A DNA stretch of 64,000 bases, taken from NCBI GenBank assembly GCA_964247055.1, contig OZ176057.1:5890001-5954000 (forward strand). Reading direction: 5' to 3'. Positions 42,001-56,458 of this stretch are shown here, one piece after another. How positions within the stretch are numbered: position 1 is the stretch's first letter; each line of letters starts with the position of its first letter. The notes below the pieces were generated by a model. That model did not search any database and was not told the DNA's origin. It was given only the letters and a program-made list of their open reading frames with translations. Made by a program: the position numbers and the translations under genes. This stretch comes from Paragordius varius (Eukaryota > Animalia > Nematomorpha).

Positions 42001-42815
42001 AATTAATTTAATAACAATGATACAAAATACAAAAAATGTTACATTTAAAATTTGTTAAAAACCGCAATTTTTACCTGTAATTATTAAAATGTCCAAAACA
42101 TGTAGTAGTTAATTACAATTAACAATGCAAAACCTAAAAAAACAAAAAAACTAAATTTTTACTAAATTTGTTGAAAACCGCAATTTTTACCTGTAATTAT
42201 TAAAATGTCCAAAATATATAGTAGTTAATTACAATTAACAATGCAAAACCTAAAAAAACAAAAAAAAACTAAATTTTTACTAAATTTGTTAAAAACCGCA
42301 ATTTTTACCTGTAATTATTAAAATGTCCAAAATATGTAGTAGTTAATTACAATTAACAATGCAAAACCTAAAAAACTAAAAAAAATTAAATTTTTACCAA
42401 ATTTGTTAAAAACCGCAAAATGTCTGAAATACTTAAAAATTATTAATAATTAACAATGCAAAACATAAAAGACAAAAATCTAAAATCCAATTTTCACAAA
42501 TATATATTGTTTTTTTATTAGTAATAACAACTATAGCATGTTGAAAAATATATATTATTAAATTTAGGAAACATAAAAAATCTTAAAATACGTATTTTAC
42601 TATTTATTAATTTATCAAAGATAGAAACCCATAAAATTCCGCATCTAAATACGTAACAACAATATTACAAATGTTAACATAAATTGCTATAATATTCTCA
42701 AAATTTAACATTACAAAATATCCATCAAATTAAAGCCTATGTTAATTCTCACGTCAATCCTCTTTCATATGTGTACTACGAAATAATTTCGTGGGGTATT
42801 TTACGCATTGATAAA
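39023..42815. mobile_element. Foldback-type element: inverted arms (~39023-41040 and ~41181-42815) around a ~140-bp spacer, with internal ~117-bp tandem repeats
   Basis: The arms are reverse complements along their length (e.g. 39061-39120 vs 42721-42790; 40981-41040 vs 41181-41235). Tandem unit acaggtaaaaattgcggtttttaac... starts at 39551, 39667, 39784 and 39901, with reverse copies at 42062, 42178 and 42295. Absent from the paralogous intron of FReP A. No TSD identified. Confidence 0.9.
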
Positions 42816-44094
42816 CCATTTATGTTATTTGGCAGGCAATAAAATTACTTAACATACATTAAAATGCATACTGTAATTTCAATTTTTACTGTAATTTACT
42901 TGTTTCTCTTTTACATTCGTGAACTACATCATTTTAATTTTTACTGTTAACACATACTAATAAACCGACTCTAAAAGAGTATGTTTTTGTCAAAAAAACT
43001 TTTCCACGCTAATAAATACGTATTTTAAACTTTCCTTTAATAACCTTCTTTGAACTAACCTTTTCCCCCAAAAAAACTCAATTGAATTAATATTTGTAGA
43101 TTAATATTTTATTGTTTACCGATCTATCGTGCTAAATCGAAATCCGTTGTGATTTTCCATCAAACAATCCGAAACATAAATGATATCGCTATCATTTCTA
43201 ATTTTTGGATGATGCTTTTGTAGACTTGGGCTAGAAATGTTTTTATAACGTTAGAATGACTGTCCCGTTTCATTATATTATTGCTTTCTACATTATTTTC
43301 CGCTTATGTATGGCGCAGCAGAGGAATTTATATTTTTGTCAAATTTTGTTGTGACATTTTTATCAAACAAGTAATTATTTATATCTATTTTGGAAGTTAT
43401 TTCAGACAATTATTATTGGATTTCTGGTGTAGAAAGGCTGTTAAATGTAATGGATAACCTTGATACTCTGAGCCAATTTTAAAATCCATGTATTCAGCTC
43501 TTAGGTGTGATGATAAGTTATTCCACATATCTATCCTTAACAAATAATATTTTTTCTTGCTAATGACTTCTTTTTGTTGTGTTTGAGAAAACCCTTGCTT
43601 GATGAATCTTTTAGATTGTTGACAATGTTTGTTCTCTTCCCAAGCGTTTTTCAGGCGAAATCAATTCATTGGCTTGATCGCGTGTTATTTGATGTATTAT
43701 GTCATTGCCTAACCAAAAGTCACCTGAAATTTAAGAAAAAAAAGCTGCAATGAAATACCCACGACACCTAAATCAAAAATAAAATATACAGCAAAATTGA
43801 ATTATACAGACAAAAAATAATTACATAAAGACAAATATATTTTCCAATTACAACCATACTTAACTATTCATATATAAATAATAATATAACAATTAAAACG
43901 TATATGAATGATTGTGTTACCAACAATATACATCTCTATTTCTAATTTGCATTTTAAAACAATGAGTTAGTTATTATATGTAAAAGTATGATTTAAAAAA
44001 AATCTTTTTTTGTCTGTATAATTCCAATTTTTACGGTATACTCATTATAGATTACCATTTAAAATTGAGAATTTAGAAAAAATATGGGAGATAC

Positions 44095-44314
44095 CACTCA
44101 AATTTCCAAAACCATTTTTATAATCCTTCCATGTTCGTGTAAAATTAGTGTACCCTTTTGTTCTACGTTGAATGACAGTCCAACCGCCCATCTTTGGTAT
44201 TGTAATTTCGGGTTCAAAATTTTTGTCCTTTCTCGTCTCCTTGAAATTATCCTGCCTTTTTAGGGAATTCCAAATTGTATCTGTATCGTGTATGTCTTGC
44301 ATATCGCAATAAAC
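44095..44314 (-). CDS. FReP B exon equivalent to A exon 7 (open)
   Basis: VYCDMQDIHDTDTIWNSLKRQDNFKE...[32 protein letters not shown]. Confidence 0.75.
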
Positions 44315-46229
44315 CTATGTTTACGATGTAATTAAGAAAAATATATCATTGACAATTCAAATTCACCCTTGAACAATTTAAATTAATCCTTGAACTCAAA
44401 TTAACCCTTGAACAATTCAAATTCACCCTTTAACAATTCAATTTACCCTAAATATAAATTATGTGTTTTTTTTGGACTTATAAAACTCATTATTAATAAG
44501 AAATATATTCTAATAGCATAGTTTATTATTTTTTCAGTATTATGTTAGTTTTAATAATTTCTTTAATTCATAAAAAAATATAGGTAATTTTTAATGGTAA
44601 AAACACATAAATTATTTTAGGGTGAATTCGAATTTTTCAAGGATGAATTTGAATTGTTGGAGGGTAAATTTGAATTTTTTGAAGGGTGAATTTGAACTGT
44701 AAATGGTATATAATGAAACAAACGTATTAATAATATTGGAAAAATTACAACACGACTATAATTAACAATTGATAAGTATATATATGTGTTATTCATATTA
44801 ACCAGTTTAAATGTAAATAAAAATACTTTTATCGATTGATGTTAAAATATTTTCATTATTAAACTTAAATAGTTTGATTCACTATAAATTATATTTTGTT
44901 GTTTAAAATACGTATAATTTACAGTTTAATTATTTTAGATATAAACGATTAAAAAATTTTGAATTATTTATATCAAACATATCATTCAATATCAATCCAA
45001 GATATTTGACAATAAAACATTGAAATTATGCTATATTATTATAAATTCTATTACTTGAACAAAATATGACTGTATTGTGTCTGTTGAATTTCTATATTTA
45101 GTATCAGCTGATACGGCAGAAGGATTAATTAAATAAAGACCAGATTTATATTCAGCAATCTTATAATTCCAATCCATTGTACAATCGGAGAAAATATATA
45201 TATATAGGTTACATATTTTATATGCATTTTATTGTAAAACTAAGTCCTGATTACAGCTCAGTAATTGTTTAAAGTCAACCCGTTAAATGCTGTATATTTA
45301 AAATAGCACTTCTATGCTAATATTTATATCAGAAGCCACGCGTCGCTATGAGGTTAGATGAAAAACGATGATATTTAAAGGTTTTTGTGTATATCAAGAG
45401 GAAAACTAAAAAATACAAATATTTTTAGGTTCGCGAACATAAACTTAGAGTATAATCAAATAGGTGTGCTCTCGCCTATAAAAGACAAATGTAAACCATT
45501 TTCAAAATTTAATGATTATATTCTTTGGAAAATTGTTTAAAAAGCTAATATTTGATCACAATACCTCTTTGTTCAGCGGGTAAGATTAAACTTAGGGGCT
45601 GATTTCAAAAAACGCTATCACTCTCAACGCAATTTTGAAATATCAAAAACATGATCAATATATTAGAGGCCTAAACAATATCCGAAAAATTGGTTTCAAA
45701 ATATTAACTTAAACACTTTTTGGAACTGATGGAAAAATTCAAAAAAATCGTTTATTCGCCTTGGTGCAATTACGAAAATAAAAAAGTTAATGATTTATTC
45801 TAAATAGGGCCTACACATTTTGTTGAGATTGCTTTATTAATAATTTTTTAAAACCCCTATTTTTTCACGGGGGCTAAACTTTAATTTTACAGTAAATGAA
45901 ATTATACGGACAAAACGTATAAATTTTTATGAAATATTTCTTTATGGCATTTATCATTTTGTGAGTGTTAATTAATTTTAAAACAATTATTGATGAAGTG
46001 AATTTGAAATGTGTAAGGGTAGAATGAAATATTTTGAGGATTATATTTTAAATATTAAGGGATGAGTTTGAGGTGTAGTAAATTTAACTTAAGGAATGTT
46101 TGTTTAACACTTTAACTATATAAAAAAAATTAGAAACAATTTAAAGATTAAAAATTTACCAATAGCTTCGCATACACAGACCCAAGTTGTTGATTGTTCA
46201 TATTAGACCGGGAAATGTTTGTTCCTTTA

Positions 46230-47112
46230 CGGTTTAAATTATTGAAAAAACTTTTCATTGGACAAAATCTACTCTACTCATATGAGTTGAAAAAAATGAC
46301 GCTTTTGAGATACATGGTTGACAGAATGCTGAATATGCTTGGGGAGGTTTGAGTTTTTTGACTTGTAAAATATATTTTGGCCTTTGTCTTTATAAAAAGA
46401 ATTTTTATATAATTGATTCACAGAAGACGGTAACATATGAGGTGATAAAAGAGGTGGTCGGTTATTAAAAATATTCTTCTTATTAGTATTGACCGTTTCT
46501 AAAGGATTGATTGTTTTTATTATTAACTGTTGTTTGAGATTTTGCAAGCTGATCTACACGATGATTGTGATTTAGGAAACGAAAAACTGGCACGTTTTTC
46601 ATGCAAGAAGGGGTCCAATATGTTTTGTGTGGTGGATGTGTGTCAGAATTATCAAGAAAGCCATCTCGGATATTTTTGGTAAGTTGTGTCTCATTGGGCA
46701 AAATTTGTTTGTCGGGAAAATGATTAGATTATCCGTAAGATTATGGATTCGTGATTAATCAACAGTTTGAAGTCTTGGATCTATAATAGGCGGTGGTTTA
46801 TGGTCTAATGATTGTTGCATTTTTTCATTGGGATGTCTCGTTCTTGGAAGATTTGATCGGGTTTTTGGCTTTTTTGACTAGATCGTCGCCCCTGTTTTTG
46901 ACTGGCTGATGTAGCTTTACATTATATCTTTTAAAAGAAGAACCTTTTGTATTATAAATTGGCGTGTGCACAATGAAAGGAGTGGTATATTGAGAGTTGC
47001 AATGTACATATAAAGGACAAAATACAAAAAAACAAAAGTATAGAATGACATAGGAAACGTTACAGAAAATATAATAAACACAAATGTATTGTAATCCGCT
47101 TTTGTAACACAA
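46230..47112 (-). pseudogene. Degenerate coding-like region, possibly the disrupted first exon of FReP B
   Basis: Higher GC than flanks, signal-peptide-like LYFCFFVFCPLYVHC, and overlapping ORF fragments alternating between two frames. No recognisable domain and no visible homology to A exon 1. Confidence 0.3.
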
Positions 47113-49169
47113 AATATTTTATCCATAAAAATTATTTTATAAATGAGCTATGAAAAGATTAGCTTAAATAAACTATTAAACTTATGATGAATATTAGGAT
47201 ATATATAAAGATACCAATACTTGATAATCAGCATTAAGTTTTAAAAAGGTGTAAAGAAGTAATAGAAAGGGGAGTTAGTAAGAATCCGGGGATGGTTTAT
47301 TGATACAAATAATTTTAAGAAAAAATAATTGAAAAGAGATTTTTATAAAAAAATTTTGTTATTAAAACTATATTTAAAATTATATTAAAAGACATGCACC
47401 GCAATATTTTACATATAACACAGTTGAATATTTATCTTACCAATATATTTTGGAAAATATATAATATAAACTCTTGATTACTCACCGTGTTTTTTAGTAT
47501 TTTGTTGTGTAGATTCGTCAATATCTTCTATATATTAACATGCGACTGAGGGAATACTTTGCGTTGATCTCAAGGGATAATTGAATGTATTTGTTGTTTT
47601 AACCGGTTTAAGGGTCTGATTATGTTTAATTGTGCATATTTTTATCCGATCCGTTCATCTGACAAAAAATCTTTCAAACAGGTGCTATAATGCTAATGAT
47701 CAAAAAAAATTTGTGGTTTGAATTTTTGTGGTTATATGTCAATATATATCGTTCTCAGTTATATTGCCATTTTGTTCACTTCCAAATAAGAGCAAAATAT
47801 CAAATAAACTTTAGAAAACTACCTAAATTTTGTCCTTGTTCCTGCATAATATTTCCATTTTAAATTAATTTTAAACCTCGTTTCAAATATTTTTCTGACA
47901 TAAATGAAGAATATGTGAGTTTCATGTGCAAATTTATATTGGCTTTTCGCCCCAAATATGTTATTAATTTTTTTATAAAATTACATCTCGATTGCTAAAA
48001 ATATAAAGTAATAATTTACAACTAAGTAAAGTTTCCAGTTTATTTAATAAAATTTTGATATATTAAAACGCAAACGCGCCTTTTTTACGATTTACACAAT
48101 TTTCAAATATTTGTGTAATTTCACCAAATTATTATATGAAATTTTCTTAAAATAATAGGTTATCTACGACTTTAAACATTTCCGTTACTCAAGGTCAAAT
48201 ATATATTGCGCAAAATTTTATAGCAGAAATCGGGGCATATATATTAGTTTTATATTATAATAAATAAACCATAATTTGAAAAGTTAAATTGTTATTTAAA
48301 TTTGTAAAGAACGTAAATATAATTTTTTAAACTAAACAAATGTTTGGATCAAAATTTGTAATATTTATAAAAATTGTATAATTTTTGACCAATTTAAAAT
48401 TATTTGGTAACTTAAAACGCAAATAGCGTTAAATAAAAAATTTTGGCTTGTATGCAAAATTTGGTATCTTTATTACAATATAGTATACATATGCATAAAA
48501 TATATAAGGAGATAGTATGACTGATTTAATAATCTACGCTTAAAATTTGACCAGATATATAAACAAAAGCTCGCGATTCTTTCCAGAACTAAACTTTTAA
48601 ACCTTGCGCTGGAAACCTAGTTAAAATAGTAAGAGTTTTTATAAAATAAAAAATTTCCCTAAATACATATACAAGAATTAAATTTATAGTTTAGCAATGA
48701 ATAAAAGTGGCATGGTTTGGAAGAGACATCCTTGGTATAGATTAAAAAACATATTAATATAAGATTTTTTATTATAACATCAATCGACTAAAACTAAAAT
48801 TAATATTAAATTATATACTAAATAACTTTAGCCAAATATAATATTACAACAAATTAAAAAAATAACTATATTTGATAATCAATTAATTGCCAAATATATT
48901 AGCCATTATAAAAGTATACGGTGCAATTTTTACAAGAACTTAAACTTTATTAAATAATGTTTTATCCAATTCTCTTTGACTCATTTCATCAAACTAGAGA
49001 AATTCCATCACCATTTTTTAAGACTAATGTTTGGTTTAGCAACTCTCTATTTCTACCCTAATTTATAAAAGTTCAAAAAATTTTATTATTATTTTTTTAT
49101 ATTGGCCCGAAGACATTGCAACTATAAATTTAAATAAACTTTTTTTGAAAATTCTATAGCTTGAATATA

Positions 49170-49290
49170 TTAGAATGAAATGCGTGGGTCTCGGCCTGCT
49201 TCGCAACCCGAGGAAGTCCTGCGGACTTCTTTAAGAAAATGAACCAACTCCAATCCCTCACCCTAACCCATAAACTCGAAATCCTTAAAG
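49170..49290 (-). mobile_element. Helitron-like 3' end (second copy ~50118-50240)
   Basis: Minus strand gaagtcc-gca-ggacttc-ctcgggttgcgaagcaggccgag hairpins followed by CTAA|T. Shares the subterminal motif with the ends at 55532 and 58236. The copy at 50118 lacks an intact CTRR. Confidence 0.55.
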
Positions 49291-52200
49291 CACTTTCTCG
49301 CGTTCGAAATATTAAAAATGTATTAAGTCAAAAATATCTTTATTTTTTATATAACGGCTTAATTCGGTAAATTCTATACATAGAGTAAATTGATAGTTAA
49401 AAAAAATTAAAATCTGTACCTAATTATAACTAGTATATGATTTAAATTTGACGCTAAAACATATTCATTCCTAACCTATATTTTATTTCAAAGATTAATC
49501 TTTTTTTTGTCAAAATAACTATTCCTTGAAAATTTAGCAATTGGCATAAATGCTTTTTAAACTGGAAATCATTAAATATAATTCACTATGAGTTTTTAAT
49601 CTTGATTAGATATTACAACTTATAGTATTGCGCTACTTTGACATTCAGAATTCGTATTTCTCCCTATACATAAATAATTTAGTAGACTCCATATGGGGTC
49701 TGGTTTAGAACAAACATCCTTAACTCAAAAAATAATTTTTTTTATTAAATCCAAATAAAACCTTGATATATAATAAATATTTTTAATTTGAGAATCAATT
49801 ATATAAAACAGATAAAATTAATATTGAATTAGCAGGAAATAATATATACTATGATATTTCTTACAACTAAAAAAATGTTTTTATCTATCGCTCTTTTTTA
49901 CTAAAACTAATACAGATCTCTAACTATTAGTCAAATAATAAACTCAACATTATTCACACTAAACATATTGTACTTGTGTTAATTTTAAAATTCTTTTTAA
50001 AAGTCTAATTTTGGATACATATACCATTAAATATATATAGTTTAGTAATAAATTATTAACATTTCATAAATATTGATAAGGTAGGTACCTTCAAATATTA
50101 TTACAAAACCAATATATTTGAACAGGAAATGCGTGGGTCTCGGCCTGCTTCGCAGCCCGAGGAAGTCCTGCGGACTTCTTTAAGAAAATGAATTAACTCC
50201 AATCCCTCACCCTAACCCTAGCCCACAAACTCGAACGCCTTATATAATTATATCTGTATATTTAAATAATTGACAACCATATAATCAAATATTTTAGTTC
50301 GGTTTTACAATTTTAGAATATAATGATGAATGCTTGTTGAAAAAGTCATCTAGATAAAGATACCAATTAGATATTTCCGAAAGCGACTGCGAATAAATTT
50401 AATTTGTGCTTACGTTAATGATAAAATTATTCAATATTATCTTTACAATATTTTTAAAAAAAGTTGTATGTAAATTTTTGGAATTTAGTTTGAGTTTTAT
50501 TATATATGATTGATAAATTTAAAAAATAAAATAAAAGTTATATAGTTAATGATTACTGGAATATACAAGAATCGGTATTATATTAAATATAAGTTAAAAT
50601 AAATATTAATATATAAAACTTATTTTGTAAAAAATTAATTAAATAACAATACCCAGACTTGAAGTCTTAGACCAAAATTGATATAAAATAATTTCCTTAT
50701 ATATCAAACCAAATGTTTAATTGCGCTAGAATTATTTCTACATGTAATCTTCATTAAATAATAAATAAACTGTTTTGATAAAATTCTAAAAATTAGATTG
50801 CGACCAACCGATAGGTTGATTTGGGAGGCTTGTTTTATCCATTCAAACAGTATACACCTCATCAACAGAAGAGAAGAGAGAAAAGATCTTAACAAAGTCA
50901 CAAAAGACTTCCTAAAAGAAACAGACTATTTCAAAATATTTACCACACCAAGGAAAAAACAATAACACATGCACACCACTTTGCATTTTTTTTTATGTTA
51001 TCATAATTTATAATTATATTTTTCAAATTTTGTTTTATTAATCTTATTATTATTTTCTTTTATTTTAGTTAATCCATTGAAAAAGATACTCTCATGTATC
51101 GAAAATTTTGGATATAGTTTGAATTCAATAAATTTTACGAGAATACAAATTATTATTATAACAATCTATGACATATTTGATACATATTGCCAATTGTAGA
51201 AAAATAATTAGATACAATTTTATTAGGAATAATTATGTATTCACAAAATATTTTTGAGATTAAAACATTTTGAATTTAAAACTTATTAGGTTATTTATTT
51301 GATCTATTAGCAAATTTTATTTAATACAATTTAAAATATTTCTTAAATTAGTAAAATATTTTTATTTAATCCCTATATGTTTAAATTATTTGGGACAATT
51401 TGATTAAAATAATTATGTATTCTAAATTTATTTTAAATCTAAAAATTATCATGTAATAATTTTATATAATATAATTTAAAGTATTTCTTAAATTAGTAAA
51501 TTAATAATATTAAATCCCTAATAGTGGTATATATGTTTTAATTATTTGAGACAATTTAAGAAAAAATTATGTATTCTAAATTCTATTTAAATCTCAAACT
51601 TATTACCTAATAATTTCATTAATTACATATATATATTTGATATATTAGCAATATAAAAATAATTTTATTAGATATATATATTTAAATTATTTCAAATATT
51701 TCAAATTTATTTTTCTTCAAAAGATATTAATTAATTAAATTTTTACTTGTTACTTTATTTCTATATTCCCTTAATCCTAAATACTAAGACATATGTATAC
51801 TTAATATTTTTAAAAACACATAAAAATAGTTAACATTGTAATGTAAATGAAAGGGGGGATGTATGAAACAATGTTGCGCAACATACAAACAAACAAACAA
51901 GAGAAGGAAAAATAAAGTGTAGAATTTTCTAGAAGAGGGGAGAAAAGGCGCACTCAAATGCGCACATAAATTTAAATGGCTATACACACGTGTTCTTTCC
52001 CCCCCCTACACATATATAAAGACAAAAAATATTTATTAATTTGTTTTTTTAATTTTTTTTCCAAATTTACATTGTCTGGATATAATGTATTCCACTTCTG
52101 TTACTATATGCAATATAATGTATTGCTTGCATGGATTATTATATTATATTAAAGTAAAAATTGTTATTTAATTAATTTTAGACAAATGCAAATTCAATAA

Positions 52201-55200
52201 AGATAAACTGTTGAGGCTTATCCATCCTGGAAATAAAACATGCAAAAAATGATTTACCATATAACCGATTATATTTTAAATGATTTCTGGTAAATAAATT
52301 TGTTTATAACACTGGACATCAAATTTTTCTGCCACTCGAGTTTTTTGCATTTTCTGATATTTAGTATCATTTTAGCAGTAAATCTGAAATAAAAATTATA
52401 ACTCGATGGAAAAATTTTGTACATTTTGATTATTTTAATTATGCGCCCTCTTTATCAACAATTTACTAAAAAATCTTTTTCTTTGAAAATATACAAGTAA
52501 TGCCCATTTGTAATATATCATTCGAAAGGGAATAAAAACTCTATAATGCATACTAATATGTATTATATCGACAGTTAATATTGGACACAGAGAGCGACAA
52601 ACGCGCTAAGCGAGAGCATTTTTTTACTTATTATGTTTTTAAAACTAATGGATGAAAATAGCTCAAACTTTGTTTAGATTGTGATGAATGTCTAAAAAAG
52701 ATAACACAAGAAAGTTTTTTTGATTAAAACATTTTTTTATTGCTTTTATGTCAAAAACAGCCATTTTTAAGTTTTTTAAAAATTACCATCTCATCAATAT
52801 TAATTTATTTTCTTTACGAGGCTGATAATTTCGAAATTTTTAAAATAAAATCAAAGTTTAAGGTATTTTTGATCTTTTATAGCCATTATTTAATAAATTT
52901 ACAGTTATAACTATGCATTTTAGTATCCCCTAGGTAAAATATTTATGATAATAATAATTTTTATTAAAAAAGCAAACCAAAAGCTTTTTCAAAAAATTTT
53001 TTAAATTAAATACAAATATAACCCTAATAATTATATTAAAATAATTTATATAATTTTCAAATTAGTCTGTCTGAAAATTCTTGACTTGTTTAAAGGATTG
53101 AAAATTTCCACTTAAATCCAAATAATTTTTACATCCGATTGATTTAAATGACTTACTACCATTTAAAAGATGCAGTTTTTTGCGCCCTTTCGAATGATAT
53201 AAAATACATGGCTTCATATCTAAAACTTTTAATTTTCGAAATTTCGATCGTAATGTTAAATCGGGGCCAAAAATTATCGATAAACTCTAATATAAAAAAT
53301 TTCTTGAATGCTGGACCAATTTTCTTTTCATATACTAATTATGTACTTTAATAAAATAAATTTTAAATTTACAAGAATGGCAGTTAAATAAAGTTAAAAT
53401 TTGTTGTCTAGCATAAATATTTAAAAGTATAATGAACAATGTGCAGAGGAAACATAATGAGACTGAGTCTGCAACCGAAATGGGAAATTTAACTGATACA
53501 ATTAAGCCTAATTAATACTGGTAAGTTTTGCATGTTTTGTCTATATCATTCAAAATACTTTGTTAGATTGTATTAAAATATGTCAGAATTACAGTAAAAA
53601 ACACTATTATTGATTGGATATTAAAGTTAATGCATTATTTTGGATCTTTTTGTGATTTGAACCAGATATTTTCTCTTTTGTAAATTTTTAGCAATATCTA
53701 AAACAGTGATACTCAAGCCGCGGCTCGCGGGCCGCATGCGGCCCTAAGAGTGCTTTGTAATTGCCCTATGATATTGATAATTAAATTATTTTTATTGATA
53801 TTTTAAAATACACATATAAAATATTTTAATATTAATTTATTTTTAAATTTAATTTGATAATTTTTATTTTTTACCCAATTCGGAATGGAAAAAATTTCTC
53901 TACATAAAATAATTTCAAAATTTTGGAACACGTTGTTTCTGTTTCTGTTTTCTATTTTCTTTTTATTTCAAATTTTATTGCAGTTCTTTTTTGTAATTAA
54001 GCAAACCTTTCACCCAAACTTGCATATACATATTCTTTTCATTGCTATCCTGCATCATTTTTTACATTTAAATTTAAACCTGTTTTTTTATAGCATAATT
54101 CAAATTATATTACTATTTTTTTGTAAAAAATTACATATTATTTAAACATAAATTCAAAGAATGACATCTAATACTAAAAAACGTAAATTATTCGATGAAA
54201 ATCGCTCCTATAAAAAATGGGAAGAAATATTCTTTGTAGTTTTGAATAAAAATGTTGTTTCCTGCCTTATATGTAAGGATAAGATAGTTATAAAAAAATA
54301 CAACATTGAATGACATATCAATGTGCATCTTCCTGATATTTTGCTCGACAACATAATGAACGAGGAAATATAAAAATTTTACCTGTGAATAATACCACGA
54401 AAGGTGATTTTTTCGAAATAATTAGCACTTTTTTCGATAAAAATGGTATAGCTATGAAAAAAAATGGTTTCGATCTGCACCGATGGCTGTCCCTCTATGA
54501 TTGGAATAAACAAAGGATTTATTCCTCTTTTGAACAAATATAATTTGCAAAATATTTTATCCGTTCATTGCTTTTCATCAGCAAAACTTGGTTTCGCTTG
54601 TAAAAGATGTATCACTCAATTCAGTAATTAAAAAGGTTGTGGATATAGTAAACTACAACCGTGGCAGACTGTAAATTTAAAAAACTCCTAAAAGATATCC
54701 ACATGAGTTTGACGTTCTTTTGTACACCGATGAAATGGCTAAACCTTAGCAAATTAAATAGATTTTTTTAAGACATGAAAATTATTTAAAAAATAACAGA
54801 TAGTTTGACGAAGAAATTAATAGAAAAAAATGGTGGGTTTTAACTTACTTTTGCGACATTACTTATAAACTATATATTTTTAATACAAGTCTTCATGGGA
54901 GCAAATAATAACCCAATATTCTAATCTAATATTTGCTTTTCACGAGAAATTAATAATATATAAACAAGATTTTATAAATAAAACACTCCTATATTTTCCT
55001 ACACATAAAACGATTTATGAGGAAAATATGGAATTTACCGCGGAAATTAATTTAATATTAGACAATCATTAAACTCTTTTATCTCATGAGATGAAATTAG
55101 ATTTCAAGAATTAAGCAATATTAAAAATTGCTTAAATCGTTGAAAATCCATGGCATATGGATACATCCAATATTAAACAACTTGAGGAATTCGGTTTTGA

Positions 55201-55531
55201 TCAGGCGCCTATCATTGAAGAATTCGTATATTTTAAAAATGATTCCAATTTGGAGGCTATATTCAAGGAGAATTATAGAGAAAAAAGATATGTAAAGTTT
55301 TGGCAAGAAGTGCCAATTAGATTAATGTGACCAGATATTTAGAACACTGGCGCAGTACAAAATTAAAACATACTCTGCTTATTTTTTAACCAGATTTTCG
55401 GTGTTTAAATAATATTGTTCGTTTTATAAGCTCATTAGAAACAATTAAAATATTAAATTTATAAAAAATTTAATATAAATGTATGTACATATAATTATAT
55501 TATATGTTATATATATGGATATATAATAATA

Positions 55532-56099
55532 CTAGTGTAAATCTCGTGCTGCTGCAGCCCGAGGAAGTACTTCGCTGGTGGGGCTATTTGAAAAAAGGGA
55601 CAATAAAATAATCCACATATGTGGATTATTTCGAAACATTATTTATTAGCTATGATCTCATAGGTTCAAAACGGTGCATTCTTGCTAATATATTGTTTAC
55701 TTGGGCGAAAAATAGATTCCAATTACTTTTGAATATTTTGGAATAATGGCATTTTAAGGGGGAGCGGGTAAAAAGAGGTCCTTAATTTAAAAAGCGAGCC
55801 GATTATGTTTGGCGCAATCAAAAATAAGTAAACAAAAATCATATTTGAAATTGAATGGTCCAACACGTTTTCCAGAAAATTGTCTCAAAGACACGATTTT
55901 TGTGGACTTCTGTTTTCAAAAAAAACGTTTTTTACACGGGGTGGGTCCGAACTGGGGGCCTAATTTAAAAAAGCGTGAAGCTATTGTCGAGGCATCTATT
56001 AATGATCATATTTTTTCTACATTTGAATTTGAATGGATCTACCGGTTTCCCGGAAATAAATCACCAAGCCACTACTTTCCATTTTTATAAATAAATAAA
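55532..56099 (-). mobile_element. Non-autonomous Helitron (minus strand)
   Basis: 3' end ctcgggctgcagcagcacgag hairpin, then atttacaCTAG|T. The body is the reverse complement of the unit at 56459-56820. The 5' end reads TT instead of TC. Confidence 0.7.
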
Positions 56100-56458
56100 T
56101 TACAATGGTATGTTTGTTTAAAAAATGCTAATTGTCAAAAACAATATTATTACCAAATATATGATAATAAAAATAGAGGGAAACAATATATCTGGTTTTT
56201 GTAAGATGCTGTGCAGATAAAATCATTCACACACGTTCTTATGAAAGTTCTGTTCCATAGCTTTTTGAAAAAAATGCGACTATTTGACAGCAGATAAAAT
56301 GCGTTGATGAAAAAAAGATAGGTGAGTAAATAGAAAATTATTTGAATGCCGACTACAGTGTAAAATTCGAAAATAATTCAAATAGTTTTGAGTCTACCCA
56401 ATCAATGGTATGTGATGTGACATTATTATTAAAAATAATTATTTTTTTATAATAGTAA

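Larger units (their letters stand above)
37988..45185 (-). pseudogene. Fibrinogen-related protein gene, copy B (inverted duplicate of copy A exons 6-9)
   Basis: Exons 45185-45055 (acceptor mutated to CG), 44314-44095 (open), 43723-43120 (frameshifts and stops), 38201-37988 (open, ends TGA). Introns and 3' flank align with ~19245-24540 in reverse. Confidence 0.85.

Noticed and set aside
46825-46827. In-frame TGA as a selenocysteine codon
   Set aside because: It is followed by several TAA/TGA in the same frame, with no selenoprotein motif or SECIS seen.
50205-50225. ccctcaccctaaccctagccc as an interstitial telomere
   Set aside because: Only one or two imperfect units, embedded in a Helitron-like end.
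53432-53520. Exon-like block ending in gtaagt (MNNVQRKH...)
   Set aside because: In-frame TAA before the donor and no partner exon found.
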